NCBI GenBank assembly: GCA_001600815.1
Contig: BCKZ01000002.1
Span: forward strand, 372,001 to 436,000
Direction of reading: 5' to 3'
Length of the DNA stretch: 64,000 nucleotides
DNA from: Alloascoidea hylecoeti
Lineage: Eukaryota
Part shown: positions 44,924-56,566 of the stretch, piece by piece
Position numbering within the stretch: the stretch's first letter is position 1
How the letters are laid out: each line of letters opens with the position of its first letter
Program-made: the position numbers and the translations under genes
The notes under the pieces: model-generated
Told to the model about the DNA's origin: nothing
What the model saw: the letters and a program-made list of their open reading frames with translations, nothing else
Databases searched by the model: none

Positions 44924-46828
44924 CTAGTATCCATCCGCTCTGCCCCGTTTGCGCCACCAGTCGCACACCGCGTGGATCTCGCCCTCTCTCTTCAGGATCC
45001 CGTTCATCGCCGTCCGGGGCACCCACAGCTCCACGTCGTGCCCTTTCTTCTCCAGCTGTGCAACCACCTTCTGGCTGGCCCCGAACTCGAAATACGCGGT
45101 CTCCGGCAATAACTGGTGGTGCAGACGAGGATATGCAATTGTTTCAAGTAAGGGTAGTCCATAATCGTATGTCCGAACAATAGCTTGTAGTATCGCAGAC
45201 GGGATTCTCGATCCGCCGGCTGCTCCCAGAACTAGCTCGGTTTCTCCTGTTTCACCATCTGATACAATAACTGGTATGCACGACGATAATGGTCGCTTGT
45301 ACGGTTTGACATAGTTGTAAATCGATGGCCGTAAATCAAATGCATTTGAAACATTGGGCAGCGAGAAATCATCCATTTGCGAATTTAGAATGATTCCTGT
45401 ACTTACATCGTGAACCATCGCTCCAAACAGTAAATTCACTGTAGTTGTCATTGACACCGCCATACCATTCTCATCAAGTATTGAAAAATGCGCTGTTCCA
45501 TGATCATCTTCATTTTCATATGATGGATGATAACTTTCCCAATCATTTGTATAATAATCTGAAATATTGGCCCTTGCTTCAGCCGCATATTCCAATGAAA
45601 TGATTTTGTTAATCTGAACGCTATTATTAACATCTGTTGGATCTCCAAGCTCTGTCCTACCAGCATATGCCCATTTCATCGCTTCGACAAGTCTCTGCGT
45701 TGAAATAGAAGCATAATCCCCTTCAATTGCATATTTATCTCGAAATCCATCAAGAATGTTAAGCCCAAATATCAATGCTTCCCCACTACATGGATTAGAG
45801 CATGTAACAACTTCCTTGCCTTTATATGTTGTTTTTAGACTATCTTTAATATCAGCGCTATAAACCGAAAAATCTTCTGGTGTTATAATCCCACCGGTTG
45901 CTTGTATAGTCTTAACCAATTTTGGTACAATTGGTCCATTGGGATCATAAAATATTTCAGAACTTCCGTTATTTGCAATAATTTCTAGTGTATGTGCATA
46001 ATTTGGTCGCCAAACATGATCACCAACGTGAATTAATCTTTTATCTTTTGAATTTTCAACGCATTTTCTAAACTCTGATGAATTATTTTTAAATCCTCCA
46101 TTAATTGATTGAAGTTGACACGAATCTGATGTATACAAAAACGACCAATCATTTAAATTCTTAACTAATCCAGGTTTTGATATATTAACTGCTTTTTCTA
46201 AAGGATAATCAACAGTAAATCCAACACGATTTAAATCAATAACTGGATCAATTAAATCTTTCCAACTTAATTTACCACTTGTATATCTTTTAAAAGCTTC
46301 ATCTAATCCTTTTAATTCTCCTGGTATACCAATTGCTAATCCACCAATTTGAGCTTTCCAATGATCGTTACCATACATATCTTTATTTGATTTACCTGGT
46401 GCCATTTCTCTAAAATTGAAAGTTTTTGAAGTACCATTTGGATGTCTTACTACCATAAATCCACCACCACCAATACCTGATGAAAATGAATTTATAGATC
46501 CAATACATAACGCAACAGTAACTGCTGCATCAACAGCAGATCCTCCATTTTGTAATATCTTCGTTCCCAAAGTTGAACAATATGGTACATCTGATGCAAC
46601 TGCTGCCTTTTTAACTGTTATTAAATGATCTTTTGAAGGATTATTATCTGCCCCACCTGAATTTTGATCATGTCTTCCATTACCAAATTTTTTAAAATTA
46701 TTTAACTTTAAATAATAATTAAAACTTTCAAAATCTATTGATTCTTCTGCTATGTATGAGTTGTATAATACTGATATTGTAATAAGTGAAGCGACAAAAA
46801 TAGAAATGATTTTTCTTCTTGAAATCAT
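44924..46828 (-). CDS. ECM38: Gamma-glutamyltranspeptidase (type II membrane protein)
   Basis: N-terminal TM after the ATG at 46828, SGIGGGGF, NFREMAP, autocatalytic HG/TAHFS, KRPLSS and GAAGGSRI. Confidence 0.94.
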   Translation of the reverse strand: MISRRKIISIFVASLITISVLYNSYIAEESIDFESFNYYLKLNNFKKFGNGRHDQNSGGADNNPSKDHLITVKKAAVASDVPYCSTLGTKILQNGGSAVDAAVTVALCIGSINSFSSGIGGGGFMVVRHPNGTSKTFNFREMAPGKSNKDMYGNDHWKAQIGGLAIGIPGELKGLDEAFKRYTSGKLSWKDLIDPVIDLNRVGFTVDYPLEKAVNISKPGLVKNLNDWSFLYTSDSCQLQSINGGFKNNSSEFRKCVENSKDKRLIHVGDHVWRPNYAHTLEIIANNGSSEIFYDPNGPIVPKLVKTIQATGGIITPEDFSVYSADIKDSLKTTYKGKEVVTCSNPCSGEALIFGLNILDGFRDKYAIEGDYASISTQRLVEAMKWAYAGRTELGDPTDVNNSVQINKIISLEYAAEARANISDYYTNDWESYHPSYENEDDHGTAHFSILDENGMAVSMTTTVNLLFGAMVHDVSTGIILNSQMDDFSLPNVSNAFDLRPSIYNYVKPYKRPLSSCIPVIVSDGETGETELVLGAAGGSRIPSAILQAIVRTYDYGLPLLETIAYPRLHHQLLPETAYFEFGASQKVVAQLEKKGHDVELWVPRTAMNGILKREGEIHAVCDWWRKRGRADGY

Positions 46829-47020
46829 TTTATTAATGTTGTTTGTATTAAAAGATGCCCGCCTAATATATAAATCTAGATAAAATCCAAAGAGAAAAAG
46901 AGAAAAATGAAACAAGAGAGTTTATATATCCACTTTTATAATATAAGACAAGTCGAACTTCTATTAAGGCCCGAGGTCAGTAATAGGATGAGCACAAAAG
47001 ATTGCAGAAACCATACATAT

Positions 47021-47860
47021 CACGTGGTACCGTTTTCGCCTTATCTATTGTTAAGATCTATTACTCTTAGCTGATCATAACACATAATATAGAAACTACA
47101 ATGAAAATAGTTTTAGCTAGCTATAGATATCAATTATGAACTGCCATAACCATATTTTCAATATTGTACATTTATCTGGTATAGCCCTAGCTATGCGTAG
47201 TAACAATAATTAAACAAGTACTAGTGATACTTATAGCTATAACTTATAGGGCTATACTTTGTGTTATCATTTTAAAAGAATCCATGGTAGTCACTTATTC
47301 TAGAATCTGAACTTCCATATCCACTAGTTGGACCCGTCCCTCCTATCTTATCAAAATCATCATATCAGGGTTTTGTATCAGGGAAGAAAGCTTTTTTTTG
47401 ATTCCCAGATATCTTAATCACAATCCACTTAAACTTTCCCTCACCTATATATATTGCTATTCTAAAACAGATACCATTATCATTAAGTAGGCAGTTTAAG
47501 TCACTAATTTATGAATACAAAATTGTATAGAAGCTAATTAATTATAGCAAAAACAGAAAAGAATTTATTTAAAAAGATGGTGTTTATTTGGTAAATATCA
47601 TAGAAAGTAATGTCCGGGTAAAGACTCTTCGGCCCCATTTTTAGGATGCATATGATTATCATTTTCTAACTTCTAAAAGAATCTTTGGATTTTATCTTTG
47701 GAGTGGAACTAGTTTCCATAATTATTCTCTTAAATGAAGAATTACTCAAGTAAGAATAAAGTTAAATCAAACATTAAAGTTCATTCAAAGATCGAATCAT
47801 AAACACTCACAATTCTATCCAAACCAGGATTCCTCTATAACTACCACTAGCTATCTTATC
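47021..47860. promoter_or_regulatory. GATAAG-type sites and E-box upstream of ECM38
   Basis: CACGTG at 47021 and CTTATC at 47040, 47347 and 47855, all in the same orientation. Yeast ECM38/CIS2 is under GATA-factor nitrogen control. Confidence 0.4.
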
Positions 47861-48350
47861 TAATAAGATAAATCACTATTGGTATTATCGATAGATATCT
47901 TTCATCTCCATGGATATATTCTTGACATGTGTGTATACATACGTAGACAAAAACTTTTGTTAACCTTTCAGTTGATATTAAGTTTCATAATGAATCGAAT
48001 GAATATATTATAAAGGATATGTAAGTCTATTTATAATATCATCTATCTATGTGTAAATATCTTAAGTTGAGGCTGGATTAATACGTGTAAGCTTATAACG
48101 TTATATTATGTGACAACTATAATAATAACCGTTAACGTTTAACAGTCGATACGTAAATGCAAGATCTAGCTGCACAGATATAATTCATCTCTTTAACTAT
48201 TCTTTAGGAAACCCTATAGACAATGATAAACATTTATTTAAATTGATTAACTATCTAGTTTTATATATACATTTAATTAAAAATTAGAGTTTTATCATTT
48301 CTTTTCATACGTAGACATATATATTTGGGGAGGAAAAAAATGGTTTAAAT

Positions 48351-49838
48351 TTAATTAAAAATTCTGGTAACCAAACCGGTACCAACAGTTTTACCACCTT
48401 CTCTGAAATTGAAACGTTGACCTTTTTCAATGGCCATTGGTGAACGTAACTCGATGATCATTTCAACATTCTCACCTGGTTGAGCCATACGAGATTGGTC
48501 TTCACCTTCCCAAGTAAAACTAGCAGGTACATTACCTGTTCTCAAGTACATAGATGCGGAATATTGGGAACCAAACCCAGTTTTACGGCCACCCTCTTCT
48601 TGAGATAAGATATAAATAGAAGCAAGGAACTTGTGCTTGCATTGGACGGAGCCAGGCTTACACACAATCATACCTCTCTTAATCTGTTCACGTTTGATAC
48701 CACGGAGTAAAATTCCAGAGTTATCACCAGCAATGGTTTGATCTAAATCCTTCTTGAACATTTCAATACCGGTAGCAACAGACTTTAATGGTTGTTCGTT
48801 AAATCCAACAATTTCAACTTCCTCATTTCTCTTCAAAGTACCTCTGTCAACTCTGCCAGCAACAACAGTACCACGACCAGGGATGGAGAAACTACTATCA
48901 ATTGGCATCAAGAATGGGAGATCAGCATTACGCTCAGGAGTTGGGATATAGTTATCAACAGCATCTAATAATTTAATAATACTGTCTTCACCAATTTCTT
49001 TTCTAGTACCTTGTAAAGCGCAGAGAGCAGAACCCATAATAACTGGTGTGTTTTCACTATCAAAACCAAAATGTTCAAGTAATTCACGCATTTCCATTTC
49101 AACAAGTTCTAACATTTCAGGATCATCAACAGCATCGACTTTATTAACAAAAACAATGAGGTGTTTAATACCAACTTGACGGGCTAACAATAAATGTTCA
49201 CGGGTTTGGGGCATTTGACCATCGGAAGCAGCAACAACAATAATAGCACCATCCATTTGGGCAGCACCGGTAATCATATTTTTGATATAATCAGCGTGAC
49301 CAGGACAGTCAACATGGGAGTAATGACGGTTATCGGTTTCGTATTCAACATGAGCACTAGCAATAGTAATACCTCTAGCTCTTTCTTCGGGGGCACAATC
49401 AATTGAAGAGTAATCTAAGAATTTAGCACCACCTTTTTGAGACAAAATTTTGGTGATAGCAGCAGTAAGAGTAGTTTTACCGTGATCAACATGACCAATG
49501 GTTCCAATATTAACGTGTGGTTTATCACGGACGTAGGAAGCAGCGGTTCTTGAAAAAACTAGGAAAAAATCATTAGATCTGAAGCTTAATTTTGTTCTGA
49601 ATCAAATAATCGCAATATCAACGACAATTACATACCATTTGTTAAACCATATACTTTGGGAGCACTTAGGGCACGTCCAACTATACAATAGTATCTATAA
49701 TTTAGTTACTAAGATCTAAACCAACCAATTCTGATCAGAAGCAAAATTCCTATACGTACCAGTTAAGGAATAGGAGCTACTCCTTAATGTGGACCCCAAG
49801 GCACATAGAGCAGTGCGGAAGGATGGAGTCACGATCAT
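48351..49838 (-). CDS. TUF1: Mitochondrial elongation factor Tu; exons 49838-49760, 49680-49636, 49558-48351
   Basis: Two introns (GTACGT..TAG, GTATGT..TAG) within the presequence. [29 protein letters not shown] and [10 protein letters not shown]. Confidence 0.95.
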
Positions 49839-50025
49839 CTTATTGCAGAGACTAAATGGAGAAATCTGAAGAAGAAGGTTGAAAAAAAACTCTTTATGCA
49901 ATTGGACCAAATCTTTGGTATGACAAATAAGGCATAAATGTCACATCGGTTTCCTGCATACTTCGCTTTTAACCTCTTATATTATGCAGATGTCGCTTCA
50001 ATTTTCATAAGGGTAACTATAGAAA

Positions 50026-50838
50026 ATGATCAATATTTTTGTTCATTGCATTTCGGGAATAGACAACATTCAGGCCTCCCTTCCCGAGGATACCACTATT
50101 GGCGACTTGTACACATTGCTGGAAGAGAAGCTCCCTACAAGTATATGGAAACAGTCTCATTTCACATTAGTAAATGGTAATTTACTCCCACGACACAAAC
50201 CAAATGAAAAACTGCTTTGCTGTGTCCCACTATATAACTCCTCTGAATATGACTATATAGATATTAGGCATACCGTGAAATTATGTGGCGGTAAAGGTGG
50301 ATTCGGGTCTATGCTGAGAGCCCAAGGTGGAAGGATGGCACGAAAAAAGTCAGGTAAGAAACGACCAGAAGAAAATGATAACTACCGATCTTTGGATGGA
50401 AGAAGAATGAAGAGTATACGGCAGGCCAAGGAACTAGTGGCATACCTTGAAACAGCTCCTGGTTATAAAAAACAAGCGATCGAAAAGAAGAAGGCCAAAT
50501 TAAAGGCAATAATCAATGCTCCAGCTCCAAATAAAGATTCAAAGTTCACTGATACAAAGTTTTTAGAAGAGTCTGAAACCATTTTAGAAGAAATCAAAAA
50601 GTCAGTAAACCATGCTATGAATGATCCAAGCGATCTAGAAGAAGAAGAAGAAGAAGAAGAAGTGTCGTCTTTTGATAAGTGTGAACCATCAACTTCATCT
50701 TCATCGATAGAGGTTAACGCTGATGCAGCACCACAAAAGAAGCCATTGGACTTTGGCTCTTTTTTTGACTACGATGATGATTCAGATGTCAGTGAAGAAG
50801 AAGAACAATCTAATGATAAAGGGAAATCGAAAGAATAG
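50026..50838 (+). CDS. SDE2: Sde2 ubiquitin-fold-activated splicing regulator
   Basis: N-terminal ubiquitin-like domain, then LCGG/KGGFGSMLRAQGGRM, YRSLDGRRM and an acidic tail. Confidence 0.92.
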   Translation: MINIFVHCISGIDNIQASLPEDTTIGDLYTLLEEKLPTSIWKQSHFTLVNGNLLPRHKPNEKLLCCVPLYNSSEYDYIDIRHTVKLCGGKGGFGSMLRAQGGRMARKKSGKKRPEENDNYRSLDGRRMKSIRQAKELVAYLETAPGYKKQAIEKKKAKLKAIINAPAPNKDSKFTDTKFLEESETILEEIKKSVNHAMNDPSDLEEEEEEEEVSSFDKCEPSTSSSSIEVNADAAPQKKPLDFGSFFDYDDDSDVSEEEEQSNDKGKSKE

Positions 50839-50995
50839 ATTTTAATGGGTATTTTAGCTATTTTTGTGCGTTTATATAATTCAATATACACTATTAAACT
50901 GACACACCCTTTCATCCACCTTCATAATTTATCATTATTATTATTGAATGAAAACTCTTTTATAAAGCATTTTATATTTTCCATTCAACTCAAAA

Positions 50996-52579
50996 ATGTC
51001 CGGAGCAGTTGATATCAATATACAGGTGAATACCTTCATTTCGTAAGTTATCTACTTTCTGACTCTTTGGGTCTTAAAAGACGCAGATTTTAGTGACTCA
51101 CTAATATTTTTTGAATACATAGTGAACTTAAACGACGGCAAATCTCTGGACCTTCTCAAGTGGCATTGGCTACTGCTAAATTACTTTTACGATTTGTATC
51201 TGGCTCCCGTTGGAAAGATGTAAATGACTTGATTAGTCAACTTCGGGAGCTTGGTAAAAAGCTTTCAGATGCTCAACCAGCAGGTACGAAACTTTTTTAT
51301 TATTTGATCTTGAATATCAGTGCAATTCCAGTTTCGAATTTTTGGTAAAATATTAATATTAACGGATGTTCAATAGAATTCTCAAGTGGAAATGTTATTA
51401 GACGTATTTTAGCTGTTACAAGAGAAGAATTGAACGGCTCAAATAGTGAAGCAAAAGCTATGTTTAATTTATTAACTGCTCGAAATAGCCCCATTAATAC
51501 TCCAGCATCCGAAAAGGTGTTAAACATTTCTGACCGAGAATTTGGAGAAAGTTTGGAAAGGGTTAAAAGCCATAAAAAGGATATTCGGCCTATTATTGTT
51601 GAAGAAATTCAAGAGCTTATTGATGAAATTACAAATATTGATGAAGGCATAGCACAAAATGGCGTTGATCTGATTCATGATAAGTAAGGCTCGCAATTTA
51701 TATATTCTTTTGCATTTGTTTAAAAAACAATTCACTAATGTTTTTTTTGCTTTTCATTGAAGTGAAATTCTTTTATGTGCTTCCTCTGGTTCAAAAACGG
51801 TTCTCAATTTCTTATTAAGAGCGTGTCAAAAGAGGAAATTCACTGTTTTAGTTGCTGAAAATTATCCCAATGATACAAAAGAAGCTCATAATTTTGCAAA
51901 ATCTTTAGCAAAAGCAGGAATCGAGACTGTGGTTATTCCTGATGCTACTGTTTTCGCTGTTATGAGTAGAGTTGGTAAAGTGATTTTAGGTGCAAGAACA
52001 GGTAAGTAGATACATAATTCTCTACGTGATTTAATGGTCAAGAACGATCCTAATGCATTGTTATTATAGTGTTTGCAAATGGTGGTTGTATATCTAGCGC
52101 GGGTACTGCTGGTGTTTGTGAGAGTGCAAAAGCTCATAGAACACCTGTTTTTGTCGTCTCAGGCTTGTTTAAATTAACTCCAAGCTTTCCGACTGATGCT
52201 GAAAAAATTGTCGAGATTGGAAATTCCGGGAAAGTATTATGTTATGAAGAAAGTATGTTTTATTATAATTTTAAAATATTCTGTTTAACTTGCTAACTTT
52301 ATATATTAGGTGAATTGGTTGACAAAGTTGAGATTATAAATCCTCTTTTCGATTATATTACTCCAGATAATATTGACATTCATATCACAAATATGTATGA
52401 TAAAGATTTTTATTTTTATTTTATTTTATTTTATTTTATTTTATTTTTTCATTACTAACATATATTATAGTGGTGGATATGCTCCTAGTTTCATGTACAG
52501 AATTGTGTGGGATAACTACAAGAGTGATGATGTTAGTTTTGATCATAAACCACAAAATAGTTGGAATAATTTACGTTAA
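50996..52579 (+). CDS. GCD7: eIF2B beta subunit; exons 50996-51042, 51123-51283, 51377-51683, 51763-52001, 52070-52252, 52310-52394, 52471-52579
   Basis: Six GT-AG introns join in frame: ELKRRQISGP, QPAEFSSGNVIRRIL, LIHDNEILL, FAVMSRVGKVILG, VFANGG, NPLFDYITPDNIDIHITNIGGYAPSFMYR. Confidence 0.93.
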
Positions 52580-52934
52580 AACCAATATGCTATACTAATT
52601 GATTAAATGTCTAGACGTTTGTAGGGACACGAGACTAAATGAAAGCTTAAGTTTATATTTCATCCGATTAATGTTGTTATTAGCTGATAATTTAAAGGTA
52701 TTTCAAGCTTGTAAATTATTAGTGGCATAGCTAGAGTTTAATTACGATACTGTACTTATTTATGACGATATATTAGTGTCAGCAGATTCTTATTTAGTCT
52801 AATATCTATTCATTTTTTGAACCTACCCATATATATAAAGATTTTATAATTAACTTTCCAATCATGATTCACTCTTATTCCTGATGATTAGAACCATACG
52901 TATGAGTATAGGTTATACTTTAGTCTATCTAAAT

Positions 52935-54178
52935 TTAGTTACCAACGTTTTCTGCAAAATTCTTGATAAAAGCAGCAAGTTTATTAATACTTTCTTCCGC
53001 GACAGCGTTATAATTAGAAACACGGATACCACCAACAGATCTATGGCCTTTTAAGCCAGTAAGACCTTGCTCAGCGGCTTTCTTTAGGAAAGAATCTTCT
53101 CTCCCTTCTCCAGGGATAGTAAAAACAATGTTCATTATACTTCTAACATCTTTATAAACTGGTAGACTATAAACTGATGGATAAGAATCAAGAACTGAAT
53201 ATATCAGAGCAGCTTCCTTTTCGTTTAGAGCTTCTTGGGCTTCTATACCTCCAAGTTTTAAAAGTCTTTGAACAACTAGGTCAACTGTCCGTAAGGTAAA
53301 GATTGGAATGGTATTATAAGCTGAATTATTCTTCACCACAGTTGGGAAATCATCTGCAATCGGTGCAATTGGAATACCTAATTCCCTTAATTGATCTGGA
53401 GTTGCAATATCTAGTAAACTTTTCTTAATTATATAGATTGTGATACCTGCAATACCAACATTTTTTTGAGCACCAGCCTATGTATAGTTTTTTAAAAATT
53501 AGTAAGTTGAGTCATTATTAACATTGATAGATCCAAAGAAATACATACCAAAATGAGACCATATTTGCTCACATCAATTTTTCTTGAAAGAAAATTTGAA
53601 GACAAATCTGCCACTAATTCCACACCTTCAGGAACTTTTGGAACGAAAGGGAATTCAACACCATGAACGGTTTCATTATCACACATATAAATATAAGCGG
53701 TATCCTTAGGATTTGAAAATTTCCATTCAGATTCGGGAGGAATAATACCAAACTTACCGTTGTTATGATCTTTTGCATTAACAACAATATTAGTATCAAA
53801 CCCTAGCCTTTTTGCTTCTTGTTCTGCTTTCGTACTCCAGACACCAGTAACGAAATAATCAGCCTTTCCTTTCTTGTTTGTCTTCTTGGCAAATGCTGCC
53901 ATTAAGTTATAAGCAGCGGCAGCAAAACCAGTGGTACCACCCCCTTGTAGGAAGAAAACTTCATGAGTGTCTGGAACATCTAATAGTTTTTTAATAGCAT
54001 CTTTAGCACTATCAATAATAGCAGTAGCTGGCCCAGAACGATGAGAGATTTCACCAACACCAATTCCAATATTCTGATAGTCAATCAATTCAGCAGCTGC
54101 TTGCTGCAAAACTTCAGTTGGAAGTAATGCAGGACCAGCTCCAAAATAATGGGGAAGAGCTCTTTCTAAAGAAACCAT
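52935..54178 (-). CDS. SER1: Phosphoserine aminotransferase; exons 54178-53549, 53477-52935
   Basis: FGAGPALLP, EISHRS, CDNETVHGVEF. The intron GTATGT..TAG restores the PLP-lysine motif LILAGAQKN. Ends with LKGHRSVGGIR. Confidence 0.96.
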
Positions 54179-54252
54179 TGTTTTACTTTTAATGAGAAGA
54201 ATAAGAGGAAATGGTCGATTTTTTATGATGATTCACCGTTTTAAGCTTTACA

Positions 54253-54277
54253 TCACGTGTGTTTAAAGATTGAGTCA
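54253..54277. promoter_or_regulatory. Cbf1-type TCACGTG and Gcn4-type TGAGTCA sites in the SER1 promoter
   Basis: TCACGTG at 54253-54259 and TGAGTCA at 54271-54277, 75-100 bp upstream of an amino-acid biosynthesis gene. Confidence 0.65.
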
Positions 54278-54424
54278 TTCCACTTAATTTCGGCCACCCT
54301 TTAAATAAGCTTAAAGATTGATCGAATATTTAGTCCATCACTTGGTCATTAAATATTTATTGTCGTGGCTGAACATAAGTGCATCTGCCAAATATTTAAA
54401 TATTGGCCGAAATTAAGTGGAATG
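54276..54424. mobile_element. MITE-like element, copy 2 (perfect 21-bp terminal inverted repeats)
   Basis: CATTCCACTTAATTTCGGCCA (54276-54296) and TGGCCGAAATTAAGTGGAATG (54404-54424). The pairing extends inward by TTTAAATA after 3 mismatches. Confidence 0.6.
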
Positions 54425-54497
54425 TTCATTTTATACCGTATACACATTTACTTAAATTAGTTTAGCCTATATACATGGTTATATGCTATGCATATCA

Positions 54498-56566
54498 TCA
54501 ATCATTCTTTTTCAAAAAACCATGATATGCTTCGTTTGGAATAGAGATTCTTCCAACTGATTTCATTTGTTTTTTACCTTCCTTTTGTCTCTTCAACAAC
54601 TTTTGTCTTCGACTAATATCCGAAGCATGCAATTTAGCCAAAACATCCTTTCTTTTTGCTTTTATAGTTTCACGGGCTACAATTTTACCAGCAGCCTTTG
54701 CCTGGATGACAACTTCAAATAATTGATACCTCATAAACTCTTTAAATCGAGATACCCATTCCCTTCCTCTTCTTTCAACTTGACTTTTGTGCATTACTTG
54801 GGCGAGGGCATCAATTCCATTACCATTAACCAAAAGTTCAAGCTTTATGATTTCTGAGGATCTGTAACCCGCATCTTCATAATCTAACGACGCGTAACCT
54901 TGTGTTAAGCCCTTCAATTTACCAAAGAAATCGTCGACCAAATGACTTAACGGAATTTCATATTTCAAAAGAACTTGTCCTGTTGTGAGGTAGTTAACCT
55001 CTTTTTGTATACCTCGATTATTTTCACACAGTTTCATCACAGTGCCTAAATAGTCCTGGGGGAAAGTCATTATGGCTTCAACATAAGGTTCTTCCAAATC
55101 TTCAACTTTTGATGAATATATACTGTAATCAGGAAACTCGTCAGGGTTTGTGATTATAGTTTCCTTACCATCTCTCCAAATGATTTTATACGGTACTGTA
55201 GGCGCTGTAATTATAATTGAAGCACCATATTCTTTCTCCAATCTCTCCTTAAAAACAGATGCATGCAACGATCCTAAGAATCCCATTCTCCAGCCTTGAC
55301 CTAAGGCATTTGAAGTTTCTCTATGTAATGTAACACTTCTATCATTAAGTACCAAGTGACTTAAACTATCATCTAACTTAGTGAAATCGCTTCCATCGGT
55401 TGGAAAAGCACCAACAAAAACCATAGGTTTTGCTTCTTCAAAACCAGGTAAAGGTTCGACCTCACTTCCAACTGTCATGAAAGTATCACCAATATGAGCA
55501 TCTGCACTTGTTTTCATACCTGGAACAATGAATCCAACCTGCCCTGCTTGGAGTTTATCCGTAGAAATGCCATTTGGGTACATTATCCCAACATCTTTAA
55601 CATCATATTTCAAATTAGTATGTGCCGACAAGATCTTTTGCCCTTTTTTCACGGAACCGAAAACAATATGAACTAATAATACCACACCTAAATATTTATC
55701 AAACCAAGAATCAACCAAAAGACATTGTAATGGAGCATCAACTTTTCCAATTGGAGGAGGGATTCTTTCAATAACGGCAGGTAATATTTGTTCAACGTTT
55801 TTGCCCGTTTTTGCAGACACTGGGATAACTTCTTCAGCTGTTAGCTCAAAAGTGGTTTCAATTTGTTCAATGGCTTTTGGTATATCAGCAGCATCCATAT
55901 CAATTTTATTGATTACTGGTATCAGTTTCAATCCCAAACTATAAGCTAAGTAAAAGTTTGCAACTGTTTGAGCTTGAACACCTTGACTTGCATCTACAAG
56001 TAATAAAGCACCACCACATGAAGCATAACTTCGAGACACTTCTGCTCTAAAATCGACATGTCCTGGTGTATCAACCAAATGTAGTAAATAGTCAAGACCC
56101 TTATAATTGTATATCATTGTACAAGTTTGAGCTTTAATTGTGATTCCTCGCTCCCTTTCGACATCTAATTTATCGAGAACTTGTTTATTACTACCTGCTT
56201 CTATAACTCCTGTTAATTCTAACAATCTATCACTTAATGTTGATTTTCCATGATCCTATTTCCATAATAGAGTTAATTACTAATAATATTAAAGTACCCA
56301 AATTCATTTACACTTACAACATGTGCCACAATTGAAAAATTTCTATATCTCTCGATAGGAATATCGTTTATTTTATCCAATAATTCATTCGAAGCTTTGT
56401 TTCCTGCTTCTATTGATAATCTAATGGAAGAGAGAGAAAATGGTCTGCACCCAACGTGATTCACCCTACTTTTAAAAGCAGATGTAGTCCATGATAATGA
56501 AAGGCATCTCAATTTAGCACTTTGAAAAGTTATCCGACTCGATAAGCACAATCTTCTTGTGATCAT
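54498..56566 (-). CDS. GUF1: Mitochondrial translation factor Guf1 (EF4/LepA); exons 56566-56318, 56255-54498
   Basis: [22 protein letters not shown] across the intron [24 protein letters not shown], and a LepA C-terminus. Confidence 0.97.

Noticed and set aside
44661..45164. Three plus-strand ORFs
   Set aside because: They are antisense to MSB1/ECM38 and explained by the local GC richness.
48351..56566. TUF1, GCD7 and GUF1 as a translation-factor cluster
   Set aside because: They are interleaved with unrelated genes and act in different compartments; chance adjacency is a sufficient explanation.
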